Shown here: positions 24,901 through 36,900 of the stretch, in pieces
Numbering within the stretch: the first letter of the stretch is position 1
Layout: every line of letters begins with the position of its first letter
From: Amoebophrya sp. A120
Lineage: Eukaryota > Protista > Dinoflagellata
NCBI GenBank assembly: GCA_905178155.1
Contig: CAJINV010000019.1
Span: 502,475 to 566,474 of the forward strand
Direction of reading: 5' to 3'
Length of the DNA stretch: 64,000 nt
Translations under genes and position numbers: made by a program
The notes under the pieces: generated by a model
Database searches by the model: none
Seen by the model: the letters and a program-made list of their open reading frames with translations, nothing else
Told to the model about the DNA's origin: nothing

Positions 24901-27900
24901 GGTAAGACCAGCATTACTAGATCTTTCCAGACCTAGACACGTTTGCACTGCATACGGACGTGTATGATCCGAACTACATGGTCGAGCCGATTTACGACAA
25001 CCAAAATCCGCCGTATGACTTACCTTCTTGGCCGGCCCAACATAGTCCAAGTAGTGGAAAAACTGTCAACTTCATGCAAATCGTGATGACTGGAGGTGGA
25101 TCATCTTCTAGCAGTGCGTCCCGAGATCTGAACAGCTTCGGCAGGACGGGCAGTTTGGTTTTGCAGCAAAGTAAAGCCTCATCTGCAGTCCTTAAAGACT
25201 CGTTATCCGAGGAAAACGCGGAGCAAAAAGCGACCATGCGATGGCTAGGCAGAGCGGGGCACCGCGTCTGCACCAGGATAAACCAGGTGAAATTACTTGG
25301 CTACACGATGGCGGGTGATGGCTTCGACTGTTACTCGGCGATATTGTGAGGAAAAATCTCCCTTCCCCATATTCAAAACGTATCTTCTGAAAATTTGTGA
25401 TGCAGATTTGTGACCACAAATCCTGTCTGTCTTGCTAGAAGGCAGATCCAGGCTCTCTGCCACGCTATGCAGGCGATTTGTGATGCTTCGAGGCCTACAC
25501 GGCAGACGCCTGCCGTGCTAGGTGCCTACACCATGAGGCTGAGGCCCCTATCTAGGCTTGCGATCTGCGTGCAGTCCTCTACTGCAAGACAAATCTGATT
25601 TGTGTACGCAGATCCAGCATCACAGATTTCTTTTTTTATATAGCGAGGGGGGATTTTTCCTCACAATAGGCGACGCAGCGGATTTACCGCACTGGCGACC
25701 CGGAAACCGAGGGGGACCCGGCGGCGTGCGCGTCGGAGTGCGATATGGACGGAAAGTGCTCGGTTTTGGTGGTGATGCGGGGCTTGGAGTGCAGAATCTA
25801 CGAGGAGTGCGCGGAGAAGAAAAAGGCGCCGGATAGCATGGTCGTGTGGCTGTACGAGAAGAAACACAGTATTTTGAAGTGAGTGTTTTTGACAGTATGC
25901 GTAAGCTACGAAGTGAAGAATTGGTTCGTAATTTTTACTGTCCGCAAAAATTTGGCAATATCCTTATCCTCCAGCAAAACTTAAAACACCGCGTACAAAA
26001 GTTTGTCATGCGCTCTGTGCACCAGCATAATCGCATACTTAACGCTCGTCGTGCATGAAAGACCTAAACTTTAAAAATCCAGCTCCCCCCGTCGAGGTAG
26101 AATTGGACGTCGACCTGGAGAACGAAGCGACTGAGATCAACCAGAACCTCACCTTAGGAGACAAAAAAGCGGAGAACGGCACCACGATTCACACACGAGA
26201 AGAGCCGGCCGAGGCCCTGATGCTTGCGGAAAAGGGGCGGAGGCAACTCGGGAAAGCTGAAATGCAACTCCACAAGTCCTCCTCTTCCGCACAGAAGACC
26301 ACGGCTCTCGCACGGATGGGCTACATGACGGGAAAACGGGCGGAGACGAAACTAGACCAGATTCTAGCGAGGTTCAACACGGGTTTTCAAAAGCAAAGAA
26401 TCCGGAATTCCAGGTACAAGGGTGACCTCGGCACCGACTACCGAACCGCCTCTACCGGTGTTATTGACGTGAACGGCGCGGCGAATGGCTACGAACCGTT
26501 CGGGGAGAGTCTCGTCCGGTCGTTAACGTGCAACCCAGACATGCAGAACTTGATCGCCGACGTGAAAAACGGGGGCACAGTGTATGGCTGTTCTGCGGTG
26601 TGCAACAGCACGGAGGGCTGCGGGTTCTTCGCGTATTCCGACGACGAGTCGTGCGACATCTACAAGTATCCATTGCAAAAGTGTCTGGGTCTGGAAGGGT
26701 ACGCCGTTTGTCATGCACATTTTGCATGATCCATGATGTCTGTGGTGCATGCCCTAGCATCACAGATTTTGTGACGGCTCTCTGATGCCCATGCTGTGTG
26801 AGAAATGCCTACTCCGCGTAGGAAATAGTGGACCTCTTTTGCGGTTCATGCAATACAGATTTTACGTGTAATCCATAGGCAGCATCACAAGTTGCCATCT
26901 TCCAGGCCCAGACATATTTGCAGTTCATAACAAGCGGTGTGACGAGATGATTCAGGCCCCGAACTACCGCGAGCGCGGCGGCTATCCTGAGTAAAAACGT
27001 ACCCACACCAGAGTCAAGATGGGGAATCGGCTAGACAAATCCACAAGTTTTGGCTGTTTTGCATGACAAATTTGGATTCGTAGTGTAGTGCTGTTTGAGC
27101 TAGCTCAGCAGCGTCACAGATCTAGCATACCATGCTAATTGGAGTATGACAAATTGCAAAACACGACTAGAAAACGCTTCTCATGGGGCTCCGCATGAGA
27201 AACATTTTCAGCATGCAGATTTGCATTACAACTCTGGCGTGGGTACGTTTTTACTCAGGATAGCGGCGTGATGATCTACCGGAAGGAGCTCCGGCCCCGG
27301 ACGAATGTGACCTGTGGCGAGACGGACTACTTTTTGACGGCGCCCGGCTTTAACCACTGCCCGACCGCATCAAATGTAAAAATGTCTGGGTCTGGAAGGG
27401 TTGGAACTTGTGATGCAAACTCTGGAACACACAAAAATTTGTGTTGCATGAGCGCCAAAAGCTGTCCACTTCTTGGCACGCAAGCAGGAAGTTTCTCATG
27501 TGGGAGAAGCATCGTGAGGCGTGCTCAAAACCTGTGATGCTTTTGCCTGCATCAGACGCCATTTGCGTGATCCGAAATATGCATGACAAATCTCGCAATC
27601 TTCCAGACCCAGACATTTTTACACTTGATAAACCGGCGTGCGGTACGAATCTGCTTCGGAAGCGGAGTTATTGCAATGAAAAATGCCCCCACCCCCGAAC
27701 TTCTTGGGAGCATTTGTATTGCAAACGGTTTGCAATACAAATGCTCCCAAGTTCGGGGGTGCATGTTTCATTTGGAAAGGTTTAACCTTTCCAAATGAAA
27801 CATGCGCCCTCTTGCATGTATCGGCATCACAGATTTCCGATCGTGAATAGCAAAAATTTGTATTGCAAAAGATCCCAGCAAGAGCGGCGCTTGTCATGCA

Positions 27901-30900
27901 AGCGCTGCGACACACACCTAGACTCTGTATCACAAAGATTCATACTCCTTTTATGCATGACAAAAACCTTTCATTTGGAAACTTTGCATCAGAAACTATT
28001 GCAATTTCAGGGGTGGGGGGCACTTTTCACTGTAATAGGAGTGTCGGGACATCTACGAGAACTTGTGTAAGGACACACTGATCAACATGGTCACCAATGT
28101 CCCGTTCACCTTTGCGGGCGCCAAGTCCTTCGACGAGCCGTCCGGCTGCTTTGCGAAGTTAATGGAGAGCGAGACCAGGGGGGTCTACAACGTGCAGCCA
28201 GATTCCGGTGCGATGGGGAAATACGACCACCTGCTCTGCAGCCGTATTTTTGAAATGAATTTATTTCGTCGACTACAGTTTTTATGTGTCATCTTGTCTA
28301 CTCAACATCTGTGTTGCAGCAAGCAGTGACTTGCAGGGGTGTAATTTCTCATGCGTAGTAGTTCTCGCTAAGATGCAAGAGAAACTCCATTGTGCTCTCT
28401 CACGTCCTCCAGGTATCCCGACCGAGAAGATCGAGTGTGGCGACTCCGGCTACGTCATCGCCCCAAAAGGTGCGAAAAAGTGTCCGGACGGCACGCGCTT
28501 TGCGCACCCCGCGGACGGGACGATGTGCGGCGAGATTTGGAACAACGAATGCGGTATCAAATGTAAAAATGTCTGGGTCTGGAAGAATGCAACTTGTGAT
28601 GCTGTATTTAGATTCCAAAAGAATCTGTATTGCATGAGTAGCAAACGGAATGCAATTTTTGCTACGCTGAGAAGGCATTTGTCATGCGGAATAGGCATCA
28701 AGAAGCCCTCAAAAAATCTGTATTGCTAGGGTATGCATCACAGACATCATGGCTCATGCCAAACGTGCGTGACAAGTGTCAGAATCTTCCAGACCCAGAC
28801 ATTTTTACAGTTGATATGCGGGCCGATAATCCGAGAAATGTCGCCCAACCACATTCAAACCTTTTCCGAAATCAACTCGGATCAGTTCCCGCCGGGGTGT
28901 TTCTTCTCCTTAGGGCCAAACGAGAAGTACGGGGCCTACAACCAGGGCGGGGAGTATGAAGAAGGGGCCGCGAAAATAGAAAACCCGTATCAGCGGCTAC
29001 TGTGCACAAGTACTTTCCTATTCTGGTTGCGTTTCATTTTTTTATGCTTGATTTTCATGCTTGTTGAGCATCTTTGTTTGTCATGCGCATCTAGCCTGGC
29101 AGAAAACAAACTAATTCTACTGTGATACGCAAGAGGTGGTAAGTAAATCAAGACACAACCCACAGGTGCCGAGGCCGAAGAGATCAAGTGCGGGAACACG
29201 AATTTTTACCTGCCCCCGCTATCAAATGCAAAAATGTCTGGGTCTGGAGGAATGCAAGTTTGTCATGCTTGTCTGGCATGACTCGAGAATCTGTGTTGCA
29301 TAGCGACGAAAGAGCCCTCTTAACTGTCACGCGAAAAGGTAGTTTGCCATGCGGAATACGTAAGACATGGCAGCCACAAAATTTGTCATGCATAGCTGCG
29401 TATTGTGGCGCGTCTATCATTCACTTTGAGCATTACAAGTTTCCAGACCCAGACACATTTGCAATCCATACCCGCCGATGGAAAACAAGTGTCCGGAAGG
29501 AGCGCGGTACGCAGCTTTCAACGAGGACGAGTGCAGGACGATCTACAAGTCGCACTGCGAACTCACGCTGATGGCAAAGTTCCCGCATTTGAACAACAAT
29601 TTTAAGACGGACCTGGACAACGACGATCTCCCCGGCGGCTGCACGTTTGTGCTGGGGGGCGCGATGGAAAACTACGCGGGATTCAACCAAGGAGGCAGCT
29701 TAGACCCGGACAACAGACCCATTATCATGGAAAGCCAAGCGAGAATACTCTGCCTCCGAGGTACAGTTGAAGCTTTGCTTAATTTGTTTTAAGTGATCAC
29801 TCACAGATTTGATATTGATTTATGCTAAGAAAGCGCTTCGTAGTGCCTCGCTAAGCAAGTAATTTTTTGCCGAAGGAGCAGCGTTGCACTGAAATGGCCC
29901 GGCGATTTAGTGCCTCCATTAAGCAGTGCCTTTTTTGAGTGGCGCCTCGCTTAAGTAGTGCAGCGCTTGAGTAGTGCCGCGCTTAGGTAGTGCCGCGCTT
30001 AGGTAGTGCCTCGCTTAGGTAGTGCGTCGCTTAAGTGGTGCCTTGCTTAAGTAGTGCGTCGCTCATGTAGTGCCGCGCTTAAGTAGTGCCACTCGCTTAG
30101 GTAGTGCCTCGCTCAAGTGGCGCCTGGCTTAAGTAGTGCGTCGCATAAGTCGTTCTGCGCTCTCGTAGTGCCGCGCCGAAGTAATGCCACACTTAAGTAG
30201 TGCCTCGCTTAAGTAGTGCTGCGCCCACACAGTGCCTCGCTTACGTAGTGCCTCGCTCAAATGGCGCTTCCCTTAAGGAGTGCGTCGCTTAAGTAGTGCG
30301 CTTAAGTAGTGCCGTCCCTAAATAGTGCGTCCCTTAAGTAGTGCCTCGCTCCTCCAGTACCTCGCTTCAGTGCTTCGCCTAGGGAGTACCTCGGCCGCTT
30401 TCGGCTGGTTTCCATAGATTCATCTCACTGCGAACCATATAATCAAAGACAACAAATAAAACAAATTATTCACTCAGGCGCACCGGAGGACACGATGCCG
30501 TGCGGGAACTCGCAGTACTACCTCAACGCGAAAGGCAAGACCACATGCGACTCGTATACATTGCAAATGTGTCTGGGTCTGGAAGAGTTCCAACTTGTCA
30601 TGCTAAGTCCGCTTCATGCAAAAATCTGTCTTGCGCCAGCACCAATAAAACAAGTTGCACTTTTTTAACCAACATGAGACGGAGTTTCTCATGCAGGATA
30701 GGCATGATAGAGGCAACATCACAAATTCTGTCATGCTAGGTCCTGCATTCCAGACCTCATTGGGCATGGAAATTTTGCATGACAAGTTTGTGCTCATCTT
30801 CCAGGCCCAGACATATGTCCACTTCATAACTCCGGCGGTGTGCCCATTTCCTTCGACGACCCCGCGGACGACGACAATCCGGGCGTCTGCAAGTCCATCT

Positions 30901-33900
30901 GGACCCAGCACTGCGAGACCGCGCTGAACCAAGTGCTGCCCACCTACCGAACCCAGTACACCATCGCGGCCGACGGGCCGAGTTTCTGCTACGCGTCCTT
31001 CGCCGCCGCGGCCGACGGGTCGAAGCAGGTCACGGGGCAGTACAATTCCGCGGCGACCGACGACTCCGTTCAGCGGGTCCTCCACACGTACGAGCGCTTA
31101 TCCGCTGCAAATATGTAGTCTGGGTCTGGAAGAGTGCGAGTCTGTCATGCTTTGCCGACAAGACAGAAAAGTCTGTCATGCTTGGTGCGCTACAGTGCCA
31201 CTTGTTTGTCATACAAAAAAGCCATTTGTCATGCGGTTCACGCTAGACATAGCCGCTCAGAAACTTGTCATGCGCGGCCCCCCATACAGGTTGCGCATCA
31301 TTCGGACATTAGCATCACAACTTTCCAGACCCAGACATATTTGCAATGCATAGCGCTTGATTTGCGACAACGTCGGGGGTTTCATGTCCATGGGCAAAGG
31401 CTACTGCGAGCTTGGCGCCTACAATGGCGCAGCGAAAACGGCCGATAAAGATCAGATGACGGAAGCGATGTGTGCCGGGATCTGCCGCCGGGAGTACGCG
31501 TGCCGCTACTTCTCCGTGAAGGCGAAAACCAATTGCGTTACGTTCGATGAGAACGCCGGCGAGTGCCCGGTCGGAACCGATGTCAACACCGACCTATGAA
31601 TTGCAAAATTATCGTTCTAGTAGAAAGCGCATGACAAAAGTCCTCAGCGTGAGAAATGGAATTTGTCATGCTGATTTACCTTGGAACTGAGATTTGTAAA
31701 AATGCATTACTGACTACGAGTGCGATACTTTTGCACAGCATAGGACTACGAACTGTATAAGAAACTCGGTGGGGAGGAGCGCGTAGGCCTGGAATCTCTG
31801 CAGGTCTCCATGTCCTCGGAACTGGAGGGCGCGGAGGGGACGAAGGCGTTGGAGTACCGGGTTGGGGACAGTACGGAGTGGGCTACTGGCTCCTGCACCT
31901 CCATATGGATTGCAAAAATGTCTGGGTCTGGAAGGTTGGAACTTGTGATGCTAACTTTGGACTCTAAAAAATTGTGTATTGCATGACCAGCAACAGGAGC
32001 CCGGTTTGTGCTACGCGTGGAGGGCATTTGTCATGCGGAATAGGCATCAGGAAGGCCTCTAAAGATCTGTGATGCTAGGGCTTCCATGACAGACATTCTG
32101 TGTCATGCAAAAACAGCATAACAAATTTCGGATTCTTCCAGACCCAGATATTGTTGCGTTTCATACTCCACCGCGAACGGCAACGGGCTGCAGTCCTGGA
32201 AGGTGACGTTTGTCGAGAGAACCTTCAACGAGACCGACCAGAGCGTTTTGTCCGTTGACGAGGTCTATAAATGCAAATATGTCGGGGTCTGCAAGAGTGT
32301 AAACTTGTGATGCTAAATCTGCATCATGGAAAAATTTCCGTTGCGTGATTACCAGAAGCCGTGCACTTTTGACGAAGTTGCGAGGGAGTTTCTCATGCGG
32401 AATAGGCATGAGTGAGATCTCATACAGTCTGTCATGCTAAGTTCTGCATTGCTGACCTCGTGTGTCATGGAAAACCCGCAATACAAGTCTTTCAATCTTC
32501 CAGACCCAGACATTTTGCATTTGATAAAGTCAGGCGGTTTGTCACCAAAATCGTGATCTGGAACCGGGCGGACGACGCGCAAGAAAGGCTGAACAACGCG
32601 GACGTGGTGATCGACGACCAGGTTGTCGCCAATCTCGGTGAAGTGACAAGCAACCCCGCGGCCGGAACCGTCGTGTTGCTGAACGCCTGGGGCGGGAACT
32701 TGGAGATCAGGCTGACCGACCACTTTTTGACGATTTGCGGGATCCACGTTTTCGCGGAGTCTATGCCTGCGGTTTTCCCGACGGAAACAACGACCGAAGC
32801 GCCCGCGGCGGAAGAATCGGGGACGATCTCCCCGACGCACGAAACTACGACAACGGACCATCCCCCGATTCCGGTCGCGGCAGAAACCAGTACGACTACA
32901 ACTACCAGTACAAGCACGACAACCAGCACGACCGAATACGACGGCACGCTTAGCCCATACAACACCACAACCACAAGCACCACGACGGAGAAAGAGGCGG
33001 AGTTTGTCGCGAGCACCGTGCCCGGCACAAATAACGATAATTACGACGCGACGCACAATATCAGATGGAAATATGTCTGGGTCTGGAAGGATGCAAGGTT
33101 TGTCATGCTTGTCTGGCATGACTGAAGAATTTGTGATGCGTGTCCAAGAAGAGACCCTTTTTCTTGTCGTGCAAAAACGCAGCTTGCCATGTGGAAGGCG
33201 CAACACTAAGCAGCGCAGATACGTCTCATGCTTTGCTGTGCATTACAGAGCATTCACTATTTCCAACCCAGCATTACAAGTTCCCAGACATATTTGCAAT
33301 GCATACACAACATAACCACGACCCACGCGCCCGCGGATCAGTTTGTGAACATTACACAAGCGCCGGGGGGCAGTGGCGGTGGAGGCGATAGTGGTGGTGG
33401 CGGTGATGCCAACACGGGGCCAACGACCACGCCCAACCCGGACGGGAGCGCGCAGACGTCGCCGGACAGCGCCACACTGACGAAGAGCCCTAACAATGCC
33501 ACACTGGTGAATAAGCAGAACAACTTTTTACTAGATGAACAACAAGAGCCTCTTCCAGTGAAGATAGATCAGAACGTGCAAGCCCCCGGAGGAACAAACT
33601 TCGCAGGAGCTGCAGGAGCAGCAGTCCCACTTCCGGGAGAAATGAACGCGATCCGCACGAGTGCGACCGATTTTACGGATCCGGCGTACGATTCCGCGGG
33701 CGAATTTCCGGCAGTGGAGGACTTGGGTGTGCAGCAATATCAAATGTAAAAGTGTCTGGGTCTGGAACAAAGCAACTTGTGATGCTGCATTTGGATTCCA
33801 AAAAAATCTGTATTGCATGATGAGTACCAAAGGAAATGCAATTTTTTCTACACTGAGAGGGCATTTGTCATGCGGAATACGCATCAAGAAGCCCTCAAAA

Positions 33901-36900
33901 AATCTGTATTGCTAGGGTATGCATCACAGACATCATGGCTCATGCAAAACGTGCATGACAAGTGTCAGAATCTTCCAGACCCAGACACTTCTGCAGTTGA
34001 TAAGCAACAGCAGCCCACAGAACCCTTCGGCGCGTACGACCCAGCGAGTAATGCCGGGCAGACACTTATCAAAATGAAAAATCCCCCCTCCCCATACCGA
34101 AAGGGAGATTTGTGTAGCATGATTTGTGAGCACAAATCACGTTGTCATGCTAGAAGGGAAGAGATGCGAATTGTAGTGCTGGCTGGCGTAGGAAAGCCTT
34201 GCGCCTTTAGCATGACAGAAAGCAACTGGAAACGGAAAACAGCATGACAAGTTGCCTGCAAACGAGGGAGCAGCTGCGTCTCTTGGCCTTCTAGGAATAC
34301 AATTCGATTTGTGTACTGAAATACAGCAACACAAATTTCGTTTTGGATATGGGGAGGGGGGATTTTTCCTCACAATAACACTACAGCAAGAGTTAGAGAC
34401 GCAAGAAAACCCAACCAAGACCCAGCTGAACACGCAGGGGACGGGGATAGAAGGGGATCCGAATTCCCAATCCTGGTATCCCGGGTCGCCGCAGGGGGGC
34501 AGTGACGAACTGCACTACTTGGAAAAAGACGACCCGGAGCTGAACGGTAAAGCGACCATCGTGGACTGGATGCCAGGACAGCACGAGATAGATCCCAAGA
34601 CAGACGCGATTCCAAAGACGGAAGTGACGAAGTTGGAGGACTTGCAGTTGCTGGAAAAGGGTCGGAAGGTGGAAAACATGGAGAGAAGTACTTCAGTATC
34701 TTCTGGGGAGAAAAATAAATCTGAAGAAGAAGATGCCGACCTGACGGAATTGCTCAAGAACTGGAGTGGTATTTGTACGTGTTTGATGTCCATACTTCTA
34801 CGTGTTTTTTAAAATTTCGTGCAACAGAATGATTAAATCACGAATTATGGTGCGAGTCCTGCATGACAGAAGGGAATTCCACAACTACATCATAGGTGAT
34901 CAACTCGCTTCCGTACTGTCAGACCAGGAAGTAAAGTTCAAGAGTCATAACCCAGTATCGTAGCCTAGTGAAAAGAACACATCGAGCAGTCAAGAAACGT
35001 ATACCGTTTTTTTTTACAGGAATTCTACTCCTGGAGAATCGCTTTGTAGGTCCAAGAAACGGGCGGCAAATAAAGTCCTTACTGTTACAACAATGTTGTG
35101 CGCGACGCAAAAGCTCATGAACAATGACAAAAGTTTGTCCATTTTGATTTACAGAAATTCTTGGTTTACAAAGTTTTTTGACTCTTCCAATTTTCTGTCC
35201 ATACCCCCCTCCAGCAGCAGTTCATAGACGACCAGGCTCCGCCCTCCGGGGGCGCGCAAACCCCCGGCACCGCGTCTTCCTCCGGTGGCGGCATTTTCAT
35301 GCAGATGATGAAGAAGGCCATAGATTTCCTGCCAAATATTCTTATCAAATGCAAATATGTCTGGGTCGGGAAGAGTCCCAGGTTTGTCATGCATATTTTG
35401 TAAGACCCATGACGCCTGTGATGCATGACCTAGCATCGCAGATTTTTTGGGGGCTTCCTTATGCCTAATCCGCATGAGAAATGCGCTCTCCGTGTAGAAG
35501 AAACTGGGCTCCTCTTGCTAGCCATGCAATACAATTTTTTTCAGGATCCAAGGACAGCATCACAAGCTGGAACCTTCCAGACCCAGACATACTTGCATTT
35601 AATAATTCTGGTCAGGTCACAACCGGACGACGATAACGCCGAGGGGCTGGATAGTAGTGAGGATGAAACAATAAAAAGCAAAAAACAACACTCCTCGTCC
35701 CAGCACGTCATCAAGCAAGACCTCCGAGACCCGCATAAGAAGCTGCAGAAAAAGATAACTACGAAAAACACGGCATCCAACAAGCACCAAACCGCTTTGA
35801 TTCAGAACAAGAAGCAACTTCCGAAAGAAGTTCAGGAGATTGTAGAAAAGGAGAAGCAAGACCTTGCCTGTTTTGAATCAACCAAACAAGTGAATGATGA
35901 GAAAACAGACTTGCAGCACACCTGGCGGGCGTCGGTCGAAGACGGGAGTAAGTTCGTGACAAGGGTTTTCATCGCCAACAAACCGGGCGAGAACCCAGAA
36001 CTACTCAAAAACACAAAGCTGTTTGTCGACGGGTCAATCGTGAACGAGTGGCGCGGCGCGGGGGATGACGGCGTGTACATTCCGATCTACCGGAAAGCGA
36101 GGTCCTTTGAGCTGAAGTCCACAGCCACCGGCAAAGTCGCCGCCCTGCAGAAACCGTTTCCGGTGTGTAAGTTCCAAGTGCTGACCCAGTCCCCGAAGTT
36201 CCGACCCATCGGCTGCTATCGCGATTACGTGCGGGGGACGATGAGAACGTTGCCCGTGCAGAAGATGGCGATGAACACAATGAACAGCGAGAACTTCTTT
36301 TCCCCCGAAGAATGCGCGGTGCAGTGTCACGGGGTCAACGAGGTATCAAATGTAAAAGTGTCTGGGTCTGGAAGAATTCGAGACTTGTCATGCTGCTTTT
36401 CCATGACCCATGAGGTCTGGAATGCAGGACCTAGCGTGACAGATTCTGCGAGACCTTATTAATGCCTATCCTGCATGAGAAACTACCTCCCGACTTGGTC
36501 AAAACTGGACGACTTTTGGTAATCATGCAACACAGATTTTTGCATGCTGCAGATTTAGCATGACAAGTTGCAATCTTCCAGACCCAGACATTTTTACATT
36601 TGATACGAGGGGCCGGACTACAAGTATTTCGGGTTGCAGAAGTCCGGGGAGTGCTGGTGCGGGAATAGCATGCCGGATATCGAAGAAAAAAACTGCGTTA
36701 GTGTAGCTGTCTTGGAGTGACAGCATGACAAATTGGCTCTGCATGACAGAAAAAACCTGTCATGCACGGCTAGTACGTGGAAACACATATGCAAAGAGGA
36801 CGGCATGGTTAGCCAGCATGAGAAATGTAACTGCGTAGCGTGCTTTGCATGACAGACTTACACGGACACGGTTTTTTCCTTGCATGCCGGAGCTGAAAGT

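Noticed and set aside
34956-35203. TAT...ATA segment as another introner
   Set aside because: Removal +5 nt gives the wrong frame and there is no TIR; GT-AG splicing 34955-35214 restores the frame
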